Shown one piece after another: positions 37,001-47,079 of a stretch of DNA of 64,000 bases. The notes below the pieces were generated by a model that saw nothing but the letters and a program-made list of their open reading frames with translations, was not told where the DNA came from and did no database searches. This DNA is from Phoronis australis (taxonomy: Eukaryota > Animalia > Phoronida): positions 1 to 64,000 of the forward strand of contig NMRA01000397.1 in assembly GCA_002633005.1 (NCBI GenBank), in the 5' to 3' direction. Each line of letters starts with the position of its first letter. Position 1 is the stretch's first letter. Both the position numbers and the translations under genes were made by a program.

Positions 37001-40000
37001 AAAGATCCTGTGAGGGGTTTAGGAGATACAGCTGCGGACGCTGGACGCACAGACAGAGACGACGGCAATGTATGCTACCACATGTGGGCGCATGATAAAA
37101 GTGCTTGTGAAACCATTTCCTCGTGATTTGACAAACGTGAGCCTTCCTGTATATTGCAACAGTGATAAGTAGGAATACACCAAAACGAAAAATAATTAGG
37201 TTATATCATTTTGAAGTTAATTTAGCTCCACAGACTGTGACATGTCAAAAAGTTCCAATAACAGATAACTGTAACGGGACTGACTATCCTACTTTGTGCA
37301 AAATAAATCAATCATTTATCAATATCCAATCAGATAGTAAATACTGGAGTCACAATTTCAAAACATATTCCTGTTGAGTCTTACCATATTTACCAGCTTG
37401 TTTTTTGACAGCATAGAGTGATTTTTTTCCTTCCAGTCCTAAACTTTCATAAGTGTCTTTGGTCAGATGAAGAATTAAGTGACCTTTAATTAAGAATAAG
37501 ATAATAAATGCTACAACACACGATGAGAAAGCTACAAAAATCAATTTCAAACATTGATTTTCCAGAGCACATATTTACTTTCCTAACAAGAGCAACGCAG
37601 AGTTTTGAAATGCACCCACAAAAGCATCGAAAATGACGTGCTTTTAGGGTTATTTATTTGTATCATAAAAATGGCAACTAGATGGCGCAAAAATGTACAA
37701 TCCATCCAAAACTTTGTCAATGAACTACAGAGAAACAAAGGAAAGCAGAGTAAAATGAAAGTGCCATGGGCACAGCGTCCGTTGGATCCGCCTGAAAATC
37801 GTCGTCTGTTGTTATATATTCATAAAAATACACTTTAGTTACTAAATTTAACAAAGATCCTGCAGTGGGTTTAGGAGATACAGCTATGGGTGCAAAACAA
37901 AACAAAACTACCACAAGGAGGCGCCACAGTAGTCAGTCGCCATCATCGAATGTCCTCTTCACACTGAAAACATATACGCCAATTTTCAAAACCATCTCTA
38001 GAACGATTTGATTAATAGAGAGGTGGACGCAAAAAAACAGTGGCATAAACTACGTTGAATTCATCCGAAAATGAAAGGATAGCATTATCTCACCAATAGA
38101 TGCTTATATTCAAAATTACATGAAAATCTGTTGAGGACCTTTGATGATACAGACTGGTAAACATAAAAAATAAAATTGCCAATAGGGTGCACACCAGTAG
38201 TCAGATCCATCCAAAAGTCGTCCTACATTGTTAGCATCATATAAATAAACTTAATAAATTTAGTAAAGATCCTGCGAACGGCTTAGGAGATACAGCCATA
38301 GGTGCAAAAAAAACAAAACTGCCACTATTAGGCGCCACAGTAGTCGAAGTCGTCTGAAAATCATCGTCAGCTGTCAAATTCATAGAAAAAACATACATGT
38401 CAATTTTCACAATCATCCTTTGAGCAGTTTGGTTGATGGATGAGTGGACTCGAAAACAGTAAAAATGGCTATAAAAATGTTTGCATTATTTCTAAGATGA
38501 ATTGTTTGATTAACCATAATTGGTGTTTTTAAGCCAAATATCCGATAAAATGACCACTGATAGAGAATGCTTACACATCCTTACACCGAAAAATAACTGT
38601 CAGATAGTCACGTACGTCGCATCCAGCCACACGGCGACTAATATGGTCTTACCGAGACAAATTTCGAACGTTTTTAGCACATGAGACCGACCAGTGCTTA
38701 ATGAAACACACTCTGGTTTAGGTCTACTGCTTGTGCAAATTTCTTTAGATACAATGAACATCTAGTTCGTTAGATTGCGTGGCTCTGGCCAAAAGACGGT
38801 ATCTGTTCTGGCAAATGAACACTGGTGAGACCCACGAGCACACTTACTCACAAACGCAGACAACTTCAAAACAAACGTCACGTGACAACAACATGTGTGT
38901 TCGTCCAGACGTTTTTCTCATGTTACCGATCATACATGTAGATGGCACGATGTACTAGCACAGATTTGTACTTCAACTATTAAATGTAACCATGAAAACA
39001 ATATTCTTCCCCTTTGTGACTCAAGTCAGAAACATAGAAAATAAAAATGCAATTAGGGGCACAGTGTGATTCGGATCAGTCCAAAACACATTATCATTCA
39101 TCATTAGATTCCTAGGAAAACATCTGCCAAATCTCATTGTGCAAAGGTTTAGGCGATACAGCAGCAGATGCCAGATACCCAGACAGGGATGACGGCAATA
39201 TGCACCCATTATGCGAGTGTGTGCACTACTTGGCAAGACTATGAATGGAGAATTGTGTGTAAATAATGCTTACCAGTTGGTAGCACCGCTAAGCAGTCAT
39301 GTTCATCAATGTGAGTATCATAAGACACCATGGACAGGCGACCTGGTAACAGAATGACAGTACATTAAATGCCAATGACAAAACCCACCCCCAGGTAACC
39401 ACCCTGAAATCACAACTGCTGAAAACTAGCTAACTAGAGATTTATCATGATTTTGTTACACAAAGTAAAAATTTACGGGTGAAGAAAGTGATCTCTTATG
39501 ATTGACCTATACCAAAATCTAATCTGGAAACCTCATGCTCGCAGTGTAACGCTATGCAGGCAGAGTTGATTTCCACACGATAAAAAAAGAGAATTTTAAG
39601 CATATTCTTAGTCATGGGCCTTGATTTCAGCCAATGTCTGGCAGCCAACGCTGAAAATTCATAAAATAAAAACAATGGATTCCGTTGTTTATAGCTCTGG
39701 TCAAAGCTAATAAGAAGTCAACCCTATTCACCAATTATCCAAAAATGCATTTTTCAGCTCTCAAACTCGTTGCACATTCAGGTTTTTAAACTCAATGCAA
39801 GTGAGCCAAACTCGTCACGGCAAAATGCAAATTTGATGCAGTGACGAGTCAAGACAGGTTGTGCAGGACACTGCAACTATGGTTTTCTTGCTTCATCTTC
39901 TATCCAGGTTGAGTAAAATGCCTGTTATTTTCTGAAAGCTCATGAACACACTTAGCGCGTAAGTCAGAAATTACAATACCTGTTAATAAAGACGACAATG

Positions 40001-43000
40001 GATTTAAACCGGCTTGACCTGTTTCAGCGTTTATTAAAACACCATCCTCAGAAGAAAAAACAGTGGCCACCTTGCTAGACCCAATAACAAGAAATGATAC
40101 ACAGACACACTTACAGGGGAGTAACAATAGACTAACGATGACAACCAGTGGTGTGCCAGTTGGCTATTGAGACTGGGCTTACACCAATTAATATGAAGAG
40201 CCTCACGAATTTTCAGCTCCTTTGCCTTTTCTGCTTGGCCTATTATAGCAGTCATTGAAAGAGCATTGCTCATAACAATGACTGGAGCTCTGCAGATGAA
40301 TATTAATACATGAACTTCCGTCAGAATTTAGATGTCACCTGGTTTGGGTTTTCAAATGGCGAACAGATTTGTCTATATAACTGGAGCCACATCCAGCACA
40401 GTTAAATTTGTATACTACCCTGGACTGTAGACCCATATGAATTTTGGCCTTAGGGTTAAATAAATTCGAGTTTTAGAGACCTGAATGTTAATACAACTCT
40501 TAAGTTAACACCGTAACCATTCACCAATTTTTTGAGTTTTCGTTGAGCAATCTTGGTGTAAAATCCAACATAGGGTATTTTAGAGTTAGAAGTTAGTTTT
40601 GTCCACAGGACAAATATCATAAGGGTGACGTTGCAGTCTTGCTTTCAGTACCCTATTGGCTAGTTCAAACGGATAGCCATTCTTTTGAAAATTTGATGTA
40701 AATTCTTTAACATCAGAATCAAATTTAGCCCAAGTGTTGTTAATGCGATATACCCTGTCTATTAGAGTTTTAATGAGACTCGCCTTGTAAACAAAGGATG
40801 TGAAGCTATGGAAACAAGTATACAGTCCTGTGTAGGTCTTCTTACGAAATACTGTTACCACTGAGGTATCCTCATGTTCAACTAACACATCCAAAAATGC
40901 CAATACGTTGTCAACCTAGCTCTTATTCTATGCTGAATTTCAAGTTAGGATGCCTCAAGTTTAAAATTACCAAAAATTGACTGTGTCTGTGTATCATTAC
41001 TTGTTGTTGGGCCTAGCACGGTAGGCACTGTTTATTAAGAGGATGATGTTTTAATAAACGCCAAAACATGCCAAGCCCGTTTAAATGCATCGTTGATTTT
41101 ATTAACTAATGCTGCTACTTGCTATTATTGAGAATTACAATACCTCTTTGAACAAATGCTTCTGTAAACTGGGGATCAATCAGATCACTGACTGACAACT
41201 GTGATACTTTAAAGTATGGTTCCAACTTGACACAACTACTCAGCTGTGAGGGTAGACAGTCAATGCCAGGAATCAGAACATCCAACTATTAAACAAATGC
41301 AAAGCCAAACATTGAAATTTGCCTACAACAGCACTGCAAACGGTGTGGTTTTATGGTGTTTTTAGTATCACAAAAATGGCCATAAGATGGAGTAGAATAT
41401 GTCAAATCTGTAAGAATTTAGAAGAAGGTGCCATCTCTGTAATACACAACTATTTTCTTAATTTCATGAAACTAAGCCAAGGAATTCCTAAGATTTAGAG
41501 GTAAACGTAAAAAAACAATTAACACTAGGGGACACAGCTATAGTCTTGATTGGTTGAAAATTATCATCATCTGTTGCCATGTCTATAGGAGCCCATCTGC
41601 TATATTTCGCAAAATTCCTTCAAAGGGTTAAAAAGATACAGCCGTAGACGCAAAAAAAGCAACAATGCCTCTAAGGAGTGCAAGAGTAGTTGAAAACATC
41701 TCGAAAGCGTCTACTAACACATACTAACTTAGTCTGCTGGCTGTAAAAAAACGAACTACGCCAACACCTCAACCTGTTGCGAAATCATTATGCGCAAGAA
41801 GCTAACGCACTACAACTTGCTTCGTAAATCCGATGGCCTCTTTAGTCTCGATAAGACACTGCAGCTCTTCGGAAAAACGTTCCAATTCTTTCAGAAATTC
41901 AGTTCTCCATAGGTTGGAATATGCAGCCTCTCACGCTTAGCTATTTTAAAGACAGCATGTATTTAACTGGAGATATAGTCTGGAATAATCAGCATTTTTT
42001 GCGTAACGTACGCAAGTCCGCTATAAAATGACAGTAAACCTTCTTGAAATAGTGGGTGCGCCTTATTCTAACATTGTTGGGTTTTGTACATCATCCAGAC
42101 CTCATCAGGGTATTACGAAACATTGATTTCCATGTAACTCGGCAATGAAATCTCCAAAGATGGTGCCAGTCGGCAATGAGTCACTGTTAAGAACAAATTA
42201 CAACTAGTAAGCATTAATGTCATTTTAAACTATTGAGAGTTTACCGAAGTTTAATTGAGCGCTCTTAACAGCCAAAGTAAGAAACTGCAGTTACTACTCA
42301 GTAGATATCATCAGGGTGATGATTTTTTAATCCTGCAAATAAGTAAAACGAAATTGATGAAATGAGCTTCGTAATGACTCGGTAACATGAAGCTTCCGAC
42401 AAAGTTCAATGACTTTGCGGCATGTACTATGGGCAACAAGCGTCGGTGTCAAAAACCACTCAATCGTTTATACTGATCCAGTTAAAAATAGCATGATTGT
42501 GCAAGGTTTCCATCACAGTACAACATATATTGTCCTCCAGGTGAGAACACGCGTCATTTCCTAAATTTTTGCGACAACTAGTTCGCAGCAGCAAAATTTG
42601 TTCTGAAATTCGGTTTTTCAGGATCGAAATTCTAAAAACTTGTAATGAAGTGAAACCAGTTCCAATAATTTGTTGTGACATACACGCAAGCTCGTGAAAG
42701 AACCACAGTTGATTGAAGAATCGGTGAAAAAAGAAACTGGCCAATAGGTGACGCAATATTTCATGGCGCCGAAAGCCATTGCTAAACATCGCTCCACAGC
42801 AGCTAACGGTAGAACGCAATTTTTCCAACACCGTAAAATAATTTCGTTTACTCAAGGAAGACTAGTTTTTAATGACACTAATTTTGAGTCAGATTTTATC
42901 TTCCCACTTTTGTACATACATTGGTGCAACGCTGTATATTATACGGTTTTGTACCGAGGCTACGCTACGTGCAAAAGGTATACTTATAACAACGAAGCAT

Positions 43001-43553
43001 TGATGTTGAAGTCAGCGAGGCACAATTCGCCGAAAATTTCCTGGCGTATGAAGTGCCTAGGCTATGTATAGGTTAGGCAATGACCATCGCCTCTGTTGGT
43101 TCGGGCCAACAGAGGCGATGGTCATTGCCTGCTATGTAAATAGTAAATAGTATGTCAGCTTCACTTTGTCAACAGCGGAGACAGTAGAGACAGTGGTCAC
43201 TGGTGATCAAGTGGCAATAGAGTCGGCAAAAAACTCTGACTTCAAAGCCAATTAATTAAAAATTGAGTGAAGGTATGGCAAAACTAACAACACAGACCAA
43301 TTTCTAAACGCCGGCTTGGGCACAAGTGGATAGTGATTTCTAGGTTTGAAGTATGGTGGTTAAAGTGGGACCGCTTCATCGGGCGCAATAACAGATAAAG
43401 TAGGTCAGGTGCAGTTTGGACAGAGATAGAAATACTTACGGTATGATTGAAATGGTGAGAATCTATTATTTTGGAATGTCTCGATTTCGAGTGAAAGAAG
43501 CTGGACTTTTCAAAAATAAGTTTGGCTGCGGGAGATTTAAAGGGGGCAGACAT
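27844..43553 (-). CDS. RPP40: Ribonuclease P/MRP protein subunit p40; complement join 43553-43440, 41285-41144, 39342-39274, 37483-37385, 33186-33064, 32949-32745, 29751-29623, 28036-27844 (1074 nt, 357 aa)
   Basis: Eight GT-AG exons with matching phases. Motifs KLIFEKSSF..KSRH, YDTHIDEHD.LAVLPTGHLIL.LTKDTYE.LGLEG, YERV, EWVGGV and PWASVTVHGFYDSPVSW..KEHG...GDN.YT...F.NDDYW match RPP40 as I recall it. Confidence 0.93.
28315..29185 (-). mobile_element. HINE copy (5'-truncated)
   Basis: aacaagagcaacacagagcgttgaaatgcgcccac (reverse 3' end) plus subunits carrying ccactagatggtgc and ccactaggaggcgc. Confidence 0.8.
29623..29751 (-). CDS. RPP40: RPP40 exon 7
   Basis: Encodes SEVDDFVSSTTVPDPYTSMPCLSYQSQGYISSHDISQTITTV; phases 2/2. 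Confidence 0.85.
30342..32364 (+). mobile_element. Kolobok-type element with decayed cysteine-rich accessory ORF
   Basis: TIRs aggagaatgccaccc and gggtggcattctc with TTAA flanks. Frameshifted ORF remnants DACVCCHEI...CLMDHPDFAPHLNRDVL. Confidence 0.75.
32745..32949 (-). CDS. RPP40: RPP40 exon 6
   Basis: Encodes DTICSSSLAVYL...CSYNEFYEWVGGVASDVT. Confidence 0.88.
33064..33186 (-). CDS. RPP40: RPP40 exon 5
   Basis: Encodes VVTLDMTASYFVPGKSNYERVKSCL...NWIPH. Confidence 0.9.
35540..37099 (-). mobile_element. HINE copy interrupted by a ~1-kb unrelated repeat (35996-36999)
   Basis: 3' end agagcgttgaaatgcgcccac at ~35551; 5' end catgtgggcgcatgataaaa at 37081-37099. Confidence 0.7.
37385..37483 (-). 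CDS. RPP40: RPP40 exon 4
   Basis: Encodes HLILHLTKDTYESLGLEGKKSLYAVKKQAGKY. Confidence 0.92.
37584..38470 (-). mobile_element. HINE copy
   Basis: aacaagagcaacgcagag...aatgcacccac reverse 3' end plus central subunits. Confidence 0.8.
38475..38975 (-). repeat. Inverted internal fragment of the mariner-type element at 12136-13649
   Basis: Reverse complement matches ~12553-13043 (e.g. ttgtttgattaaccataattggtgttttt and catacatgtagatggcacgatgta). Confidence 0.85.
39274..39342 (-). CDS. RPP40: RPP40 exon 3
   Basis: Encodes RLSMVSYDTHIDEHDCLAVLPT. Confidence 0.9.
39975..41110 (-). mobile_element. 5'-truncated Penelope-like retroelement with inverted pseudo-LTR
   Basis: RT thumb FLDVLV...VFRKKTYTGLY...F.YKASLIKTLIDR...NGYP; GIY-YIG remnants VVYKFNCAGCGSSYI and LKIREALHI...PSLNSQ. 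39980-40110 is repeated in inverted orientation at 40980-41105. Confidence 0.88.
40013..40054 (-). ncRNA. Minimal type I hammerhead ribozyme motif in Penelope pseudo-LTR
   Basis: Minus strand: ctt-CTGAGGA-tggtgttt-taat-aaacgct-GAAAC-ag-GTC-aag (stem I ctt/aag, stem II, core, GUC cleavage triplet). Confidence 0.65.
41144..41285 (-). CDS. RPP40: RPP40 exon 2
   Basis: Encodes LDVLIPGIDCLPSQLSSCVKLEPYFKVSQLSVSDLIDPQFTEAFVQR. Confidence 0.9.
41325..41700 (-). mobile_element. Degenerate HINE copy
   Basis: aaaaatggccataagatgg, acactaggggacac and gatacagccgtagacgcaaaa are decayed subunit motifs. Confidence 0.6.
43075..43130. other. Perfect 25-bp stem hairpin, 6-nt loop
   Basis: aggcaatgaccatcgcctctgttgg-ttcggg-ccaacagaggcgatggtcattgcct. 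Confidence 0.95.
43440..43553 (-). CDS. RPP40: RPP40 exon 1
   Basis: ATG at 43553; encodes MSAPFKSPAAKLIFEKSSFFHSKSRHSKIIDSHHFNHT, followed by donor gtaagt. Confidence 0.9.
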
Positions 43554-43754
43554 CTTGTTTATGTGCATGCGCAACACGCATAACACACTTCCGGAGATGA
43601 CCAAGTGCGTCTGTTGTCAGAGGATCGTTGTGGACGGACTGGTTAAGTTTTTGTCGGAAGCGAAAAATTTATGTTATGAATTTAGTCAGTATTAACTAGG
43701 TATTTAGAGGATGTTGAACTATTGATATCTTTATCCCATCAACGTCAACTTAAG
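43554..43754. promoter_or_regulatory. Probable bidirectional promoter RPP40/ATMIN with putative non-coding ATMIN first exon
   Basis: NRF1-like tgtgcatgcgca (43562-43573), ETS acttccgg (43587-43594) and cggaag (~43655). A + strand donor AAG|gtaaac at 43754 could splice to the acceptor at 46876. Confidence 0.5.
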
Positions 43755-44559
43755 GTAAACAGTGTAAATCGGGCGTGCTAATCGGATTGGATCCTAACTT
43801 ATTCAAAATAAATCCACTAAGACTAAATGTGTGTCTACATGAATGATTTTGGTACCTGTTTACTTGTTTGCTGTGTAATCTGCCTAAATCATATAGACAA
43901 CTCTTTGCGCGGAAAATCAGTCCTTAACTGACATTCAACAAGGGCAAATTACTGACGCCGTACGCGACGGTATTTTTGAATACAAATTAACAACGAAAAT
44001 CCTCATACAATTCCCTGCTCGCTTGGCATTATGAACGAGACAAACGTCTTTTATCCCCTGTAGATGCCTAAATAAGTTTTGGATAAATGAGGCATACTAC
44101 AATTTGTATTCCTATAAATAACGTATATATAGTATAATCAGCGTTCAGTAGGGGCATCACGAAATTATGAAAAAATCCGGGAAATACGACCAAAATCTAT
44201 TAATTAGTGTAAAACGCATAATTTTGGACTATTATCATCGAATTATTATCATATGAAGCATTTCCTGTTCTATTACCCGTAAATCGGTACGATTCCTAAA
44301 GTGTTGCGCGTTTTAGGAATCCATAAACGGGCCTGCGCAGTATATGGATTTCCCCCGCTTTTGATGACGTCATCCGCATATTGCGCAAATCAACAAAACG
44401 CGCAGAACAGTTGCATTCCTCAGACATCTGGCAATCCACACATACCCACTTCAGTACCCTCAACTTCTCCGGTTTGTAAATACGCTATTCCGAAGTTGGT
44501 CCACTTTTAGCCACGCAAATTGTGAAATCGGCAGCCATTTCAGGGAACCTATTTCATAC

Positions 44560-45812
44560 CTTGTAGTTGTAGAAGTAGTAGGCCTACGTAATAATCTTTA
44601 TTTAAAAGTCGGTGAGATTTAACTAGGAACCAATATTGGTTCCTAGGATTTAACAACGAAACGTTAGCACAAGTGCTATTATCCGAAAAATTTAAAATCT
44701 ACAAAATGGACATATAGTACTAAAATACAAGCTAATTCTACTGTACAGAAAATGGTTACCCAGACCAGAGAATATTGAATATAAATATACACATAGGCCT
44801 ACATGTTACGGAGCATGTAGACATCTGGAGCAGTTTTCACAAGAGCAGATCTCAGAGAAAAAATCATGAGCAAGAGTGACAAATTCATTTAAGGCAGTAC
44901 ATTGTCTCATTACTGATGGCAATTAAGTTCCACAGCAAAGTACCTTTATGGGAGATTGAGTTAACCCGTAAGTCATGGTATTAAACTTTAAAGCGTTTCA
45001 CATAGAGACAGTGAGACCTATCCAGATTCTCCTAATTCAAGCTTTCCTGACAAAGGACATGGTCCAATAACATGAATATTTTTGAATACTCCAGTAGATA
45101 AACATTTCATCCGCCAACTAGTTAGAGAGCAGCTCCTAGCCTTATCTAAGAGTTTTGAGTAGCTTGACTCGCTGTCATTGAACACAAATTTTAAAGCACG
45201 GTGTTGTATCTTTTCCATTTTCCTACTTTTCTGTATTCCACATAGGTGCCAAATGAGGGGACAATGATTAAAATAGGATCTTATAAATAAGTAATATAAC
45301 TTAAGCTTACTGTTAGTGCCTAAAACATTATGAATATGGAACAAGGCATTCATTTGTCTAGAACCTTTTTTGCAAATAACATCAACGTGCTCATGGAGTT
45401 TTAACTGGCTGTCAAGTTGGACACCTAGCAGCTTAACAGACTCTTCACACTCAATCATTGTATCACCAGACATGAAATACGTATCATTATTATGTACACG
45501 TTACCTAGAAAAGATGATCGACTTGAAGTTACCAGGGTTTACAGCTATTCCATTAGAGGAGAACCAATCCATTGCCATCTGCCCAGCTGCCTTGAGGCTG
45601 AGGCGAACTGCAGATAAAGAGAAGCCTGCTTGCAAGAGCTTATTGTCATCAGTGTAATTATATAACTTACAGTGACCACTTATAGCGTAAAATATATCAT
45701 TGATAAAAATGTTGAATAACATGGGGCCTAAGACAGACCCTTGGGGAACGCCCTTGGGGACATTTAACCAGTCACTGACAGTGGAGCCAATTTTCACTCT
45801 CGTCCTTCTATC
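44560..45812 (-). mobile_element. CR1/L2-like LINE 3' fragment (reverse transcriptase)
   Basis: GVPQGSVLGPMLFNIFINDI...YTDD, VKLLGVQLDSQL and EKIQHRALK motifs; short-repeat 3' tail near 44560-44600. Confidence 0.88.
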
Positions 45813-46884
45813 ACTATTGCCATCTATTGGCGATCTGCTACAACACGTGCTGTAGACCCACATTTAGTGGATTTATTTTGAATAAGTTGAGGTCCATTAT
45901 ATCCGACTAGAGCGCTAGATTGTCGTGAGAGACCTTCTGGAGTTGGTATCTGTCTACTCCGGATGGTCTGGGCTGAACAGAAAACCAATGATCTATTCGT
46001 TTGGATTATTTGCCCGTGGAACTGATGGATTAATGATAAGAGCTGCCTGAAGAAATGTTACTCGCGCGTTTGCATTTTCGCCCTCTTCAACCAACCACAT
46101 GTACAAATTTAAGAATTATATTCTTTGTAAAAATCTGAACACAAACTTCTTTTCTCTATTATCGATGACGTTTTCAGTCTGGGCCAGGCTGGCAGAGTGG
46201 ACAATTGTCACAAAATATTACGGAGCGGTTTCTCTGTAAACGAAGAAAGACGTTAGAAGTGACTTAGCCCCTACATTTGATAATTCTCGGCATAGTTGGA
46301 ATAACGAGTCACGATTTTCAGTTGTTGGCAAATTCAGCAACACCAGGTAGCAACCAGTAATCTTTAGAATTTTCCTGCTGAGGTATAAATATGGATATCG
46401 AAATTGCTCACGCTTTTAACTCTGAACATGGTTGCAGTTTTTCAGTTTGGCTTGGTATAAACATTGCCCCAGATTTGGAAGCCGGTCTGATGGGCGGCGC
46501 ACCATAGGGGGCTGGGGGGCTATATCCCCCCTTTTTTCAGTGCTGCACCGCCCATGGGTCTTCTCCCTTCCGCCCAAAAATTGATAAGTATGAGTGCCCC
46601 CCATATTCAGCAACACCCCCTATGCAATATGTGGACTGGAAGTGAAAGTAGGCGTTGGTGTTGAGGGCGAACAGGAAATGTATGTAGAGTGCATGGAATG
46701 ACAATCCCAAAAGTATTGTAGCTGGGGGACTTGTCACTTGGGTCGGTTTAGAAGTACTACCTCAGTCCTTGTGCTCAGTGTTGAGCAGGACTAACTTAGC
46801 TGATCTGAGATATATAAGGCATGTGCACAACAACTGTACATTTCATAATCAACATGTTTTTCTTCGGTAATTTCAGGTTTTGTG

Positions 46885-47079
46885 ATGTTCCAAATTGATG
46901 AAGTCAACACCTTAAAATATGGAGAGGACCAGAAGAAAGTGATCACTGTCTTTCCAAACTCTGGTGTTATTTTGGGTGCTAACCGAAACATCTGTTGCAA
47001 TGTTGGTGACTGCCGGCGACGGTTTGCTGTTGTGGGAGGCCTGTTGCGTCACTGGTCATTTGAACATTTTAATAAGCGG
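46885..47079 (+). CDS. ATMIN: ATMIN first coding exon (ZF1)
   Basis: Acceptor tttcag at 46876, ATG at 46885, donor CGG|gtaagg. Confidence 0.8.

Noticed and set aside
46190-46260. GRVDNCHKILRS as an ATMIN first zinc finger
   Set aside because: It lacks the first Cys and the His pair and hits a stop. The true ZF1 is in exon 46885-47079.
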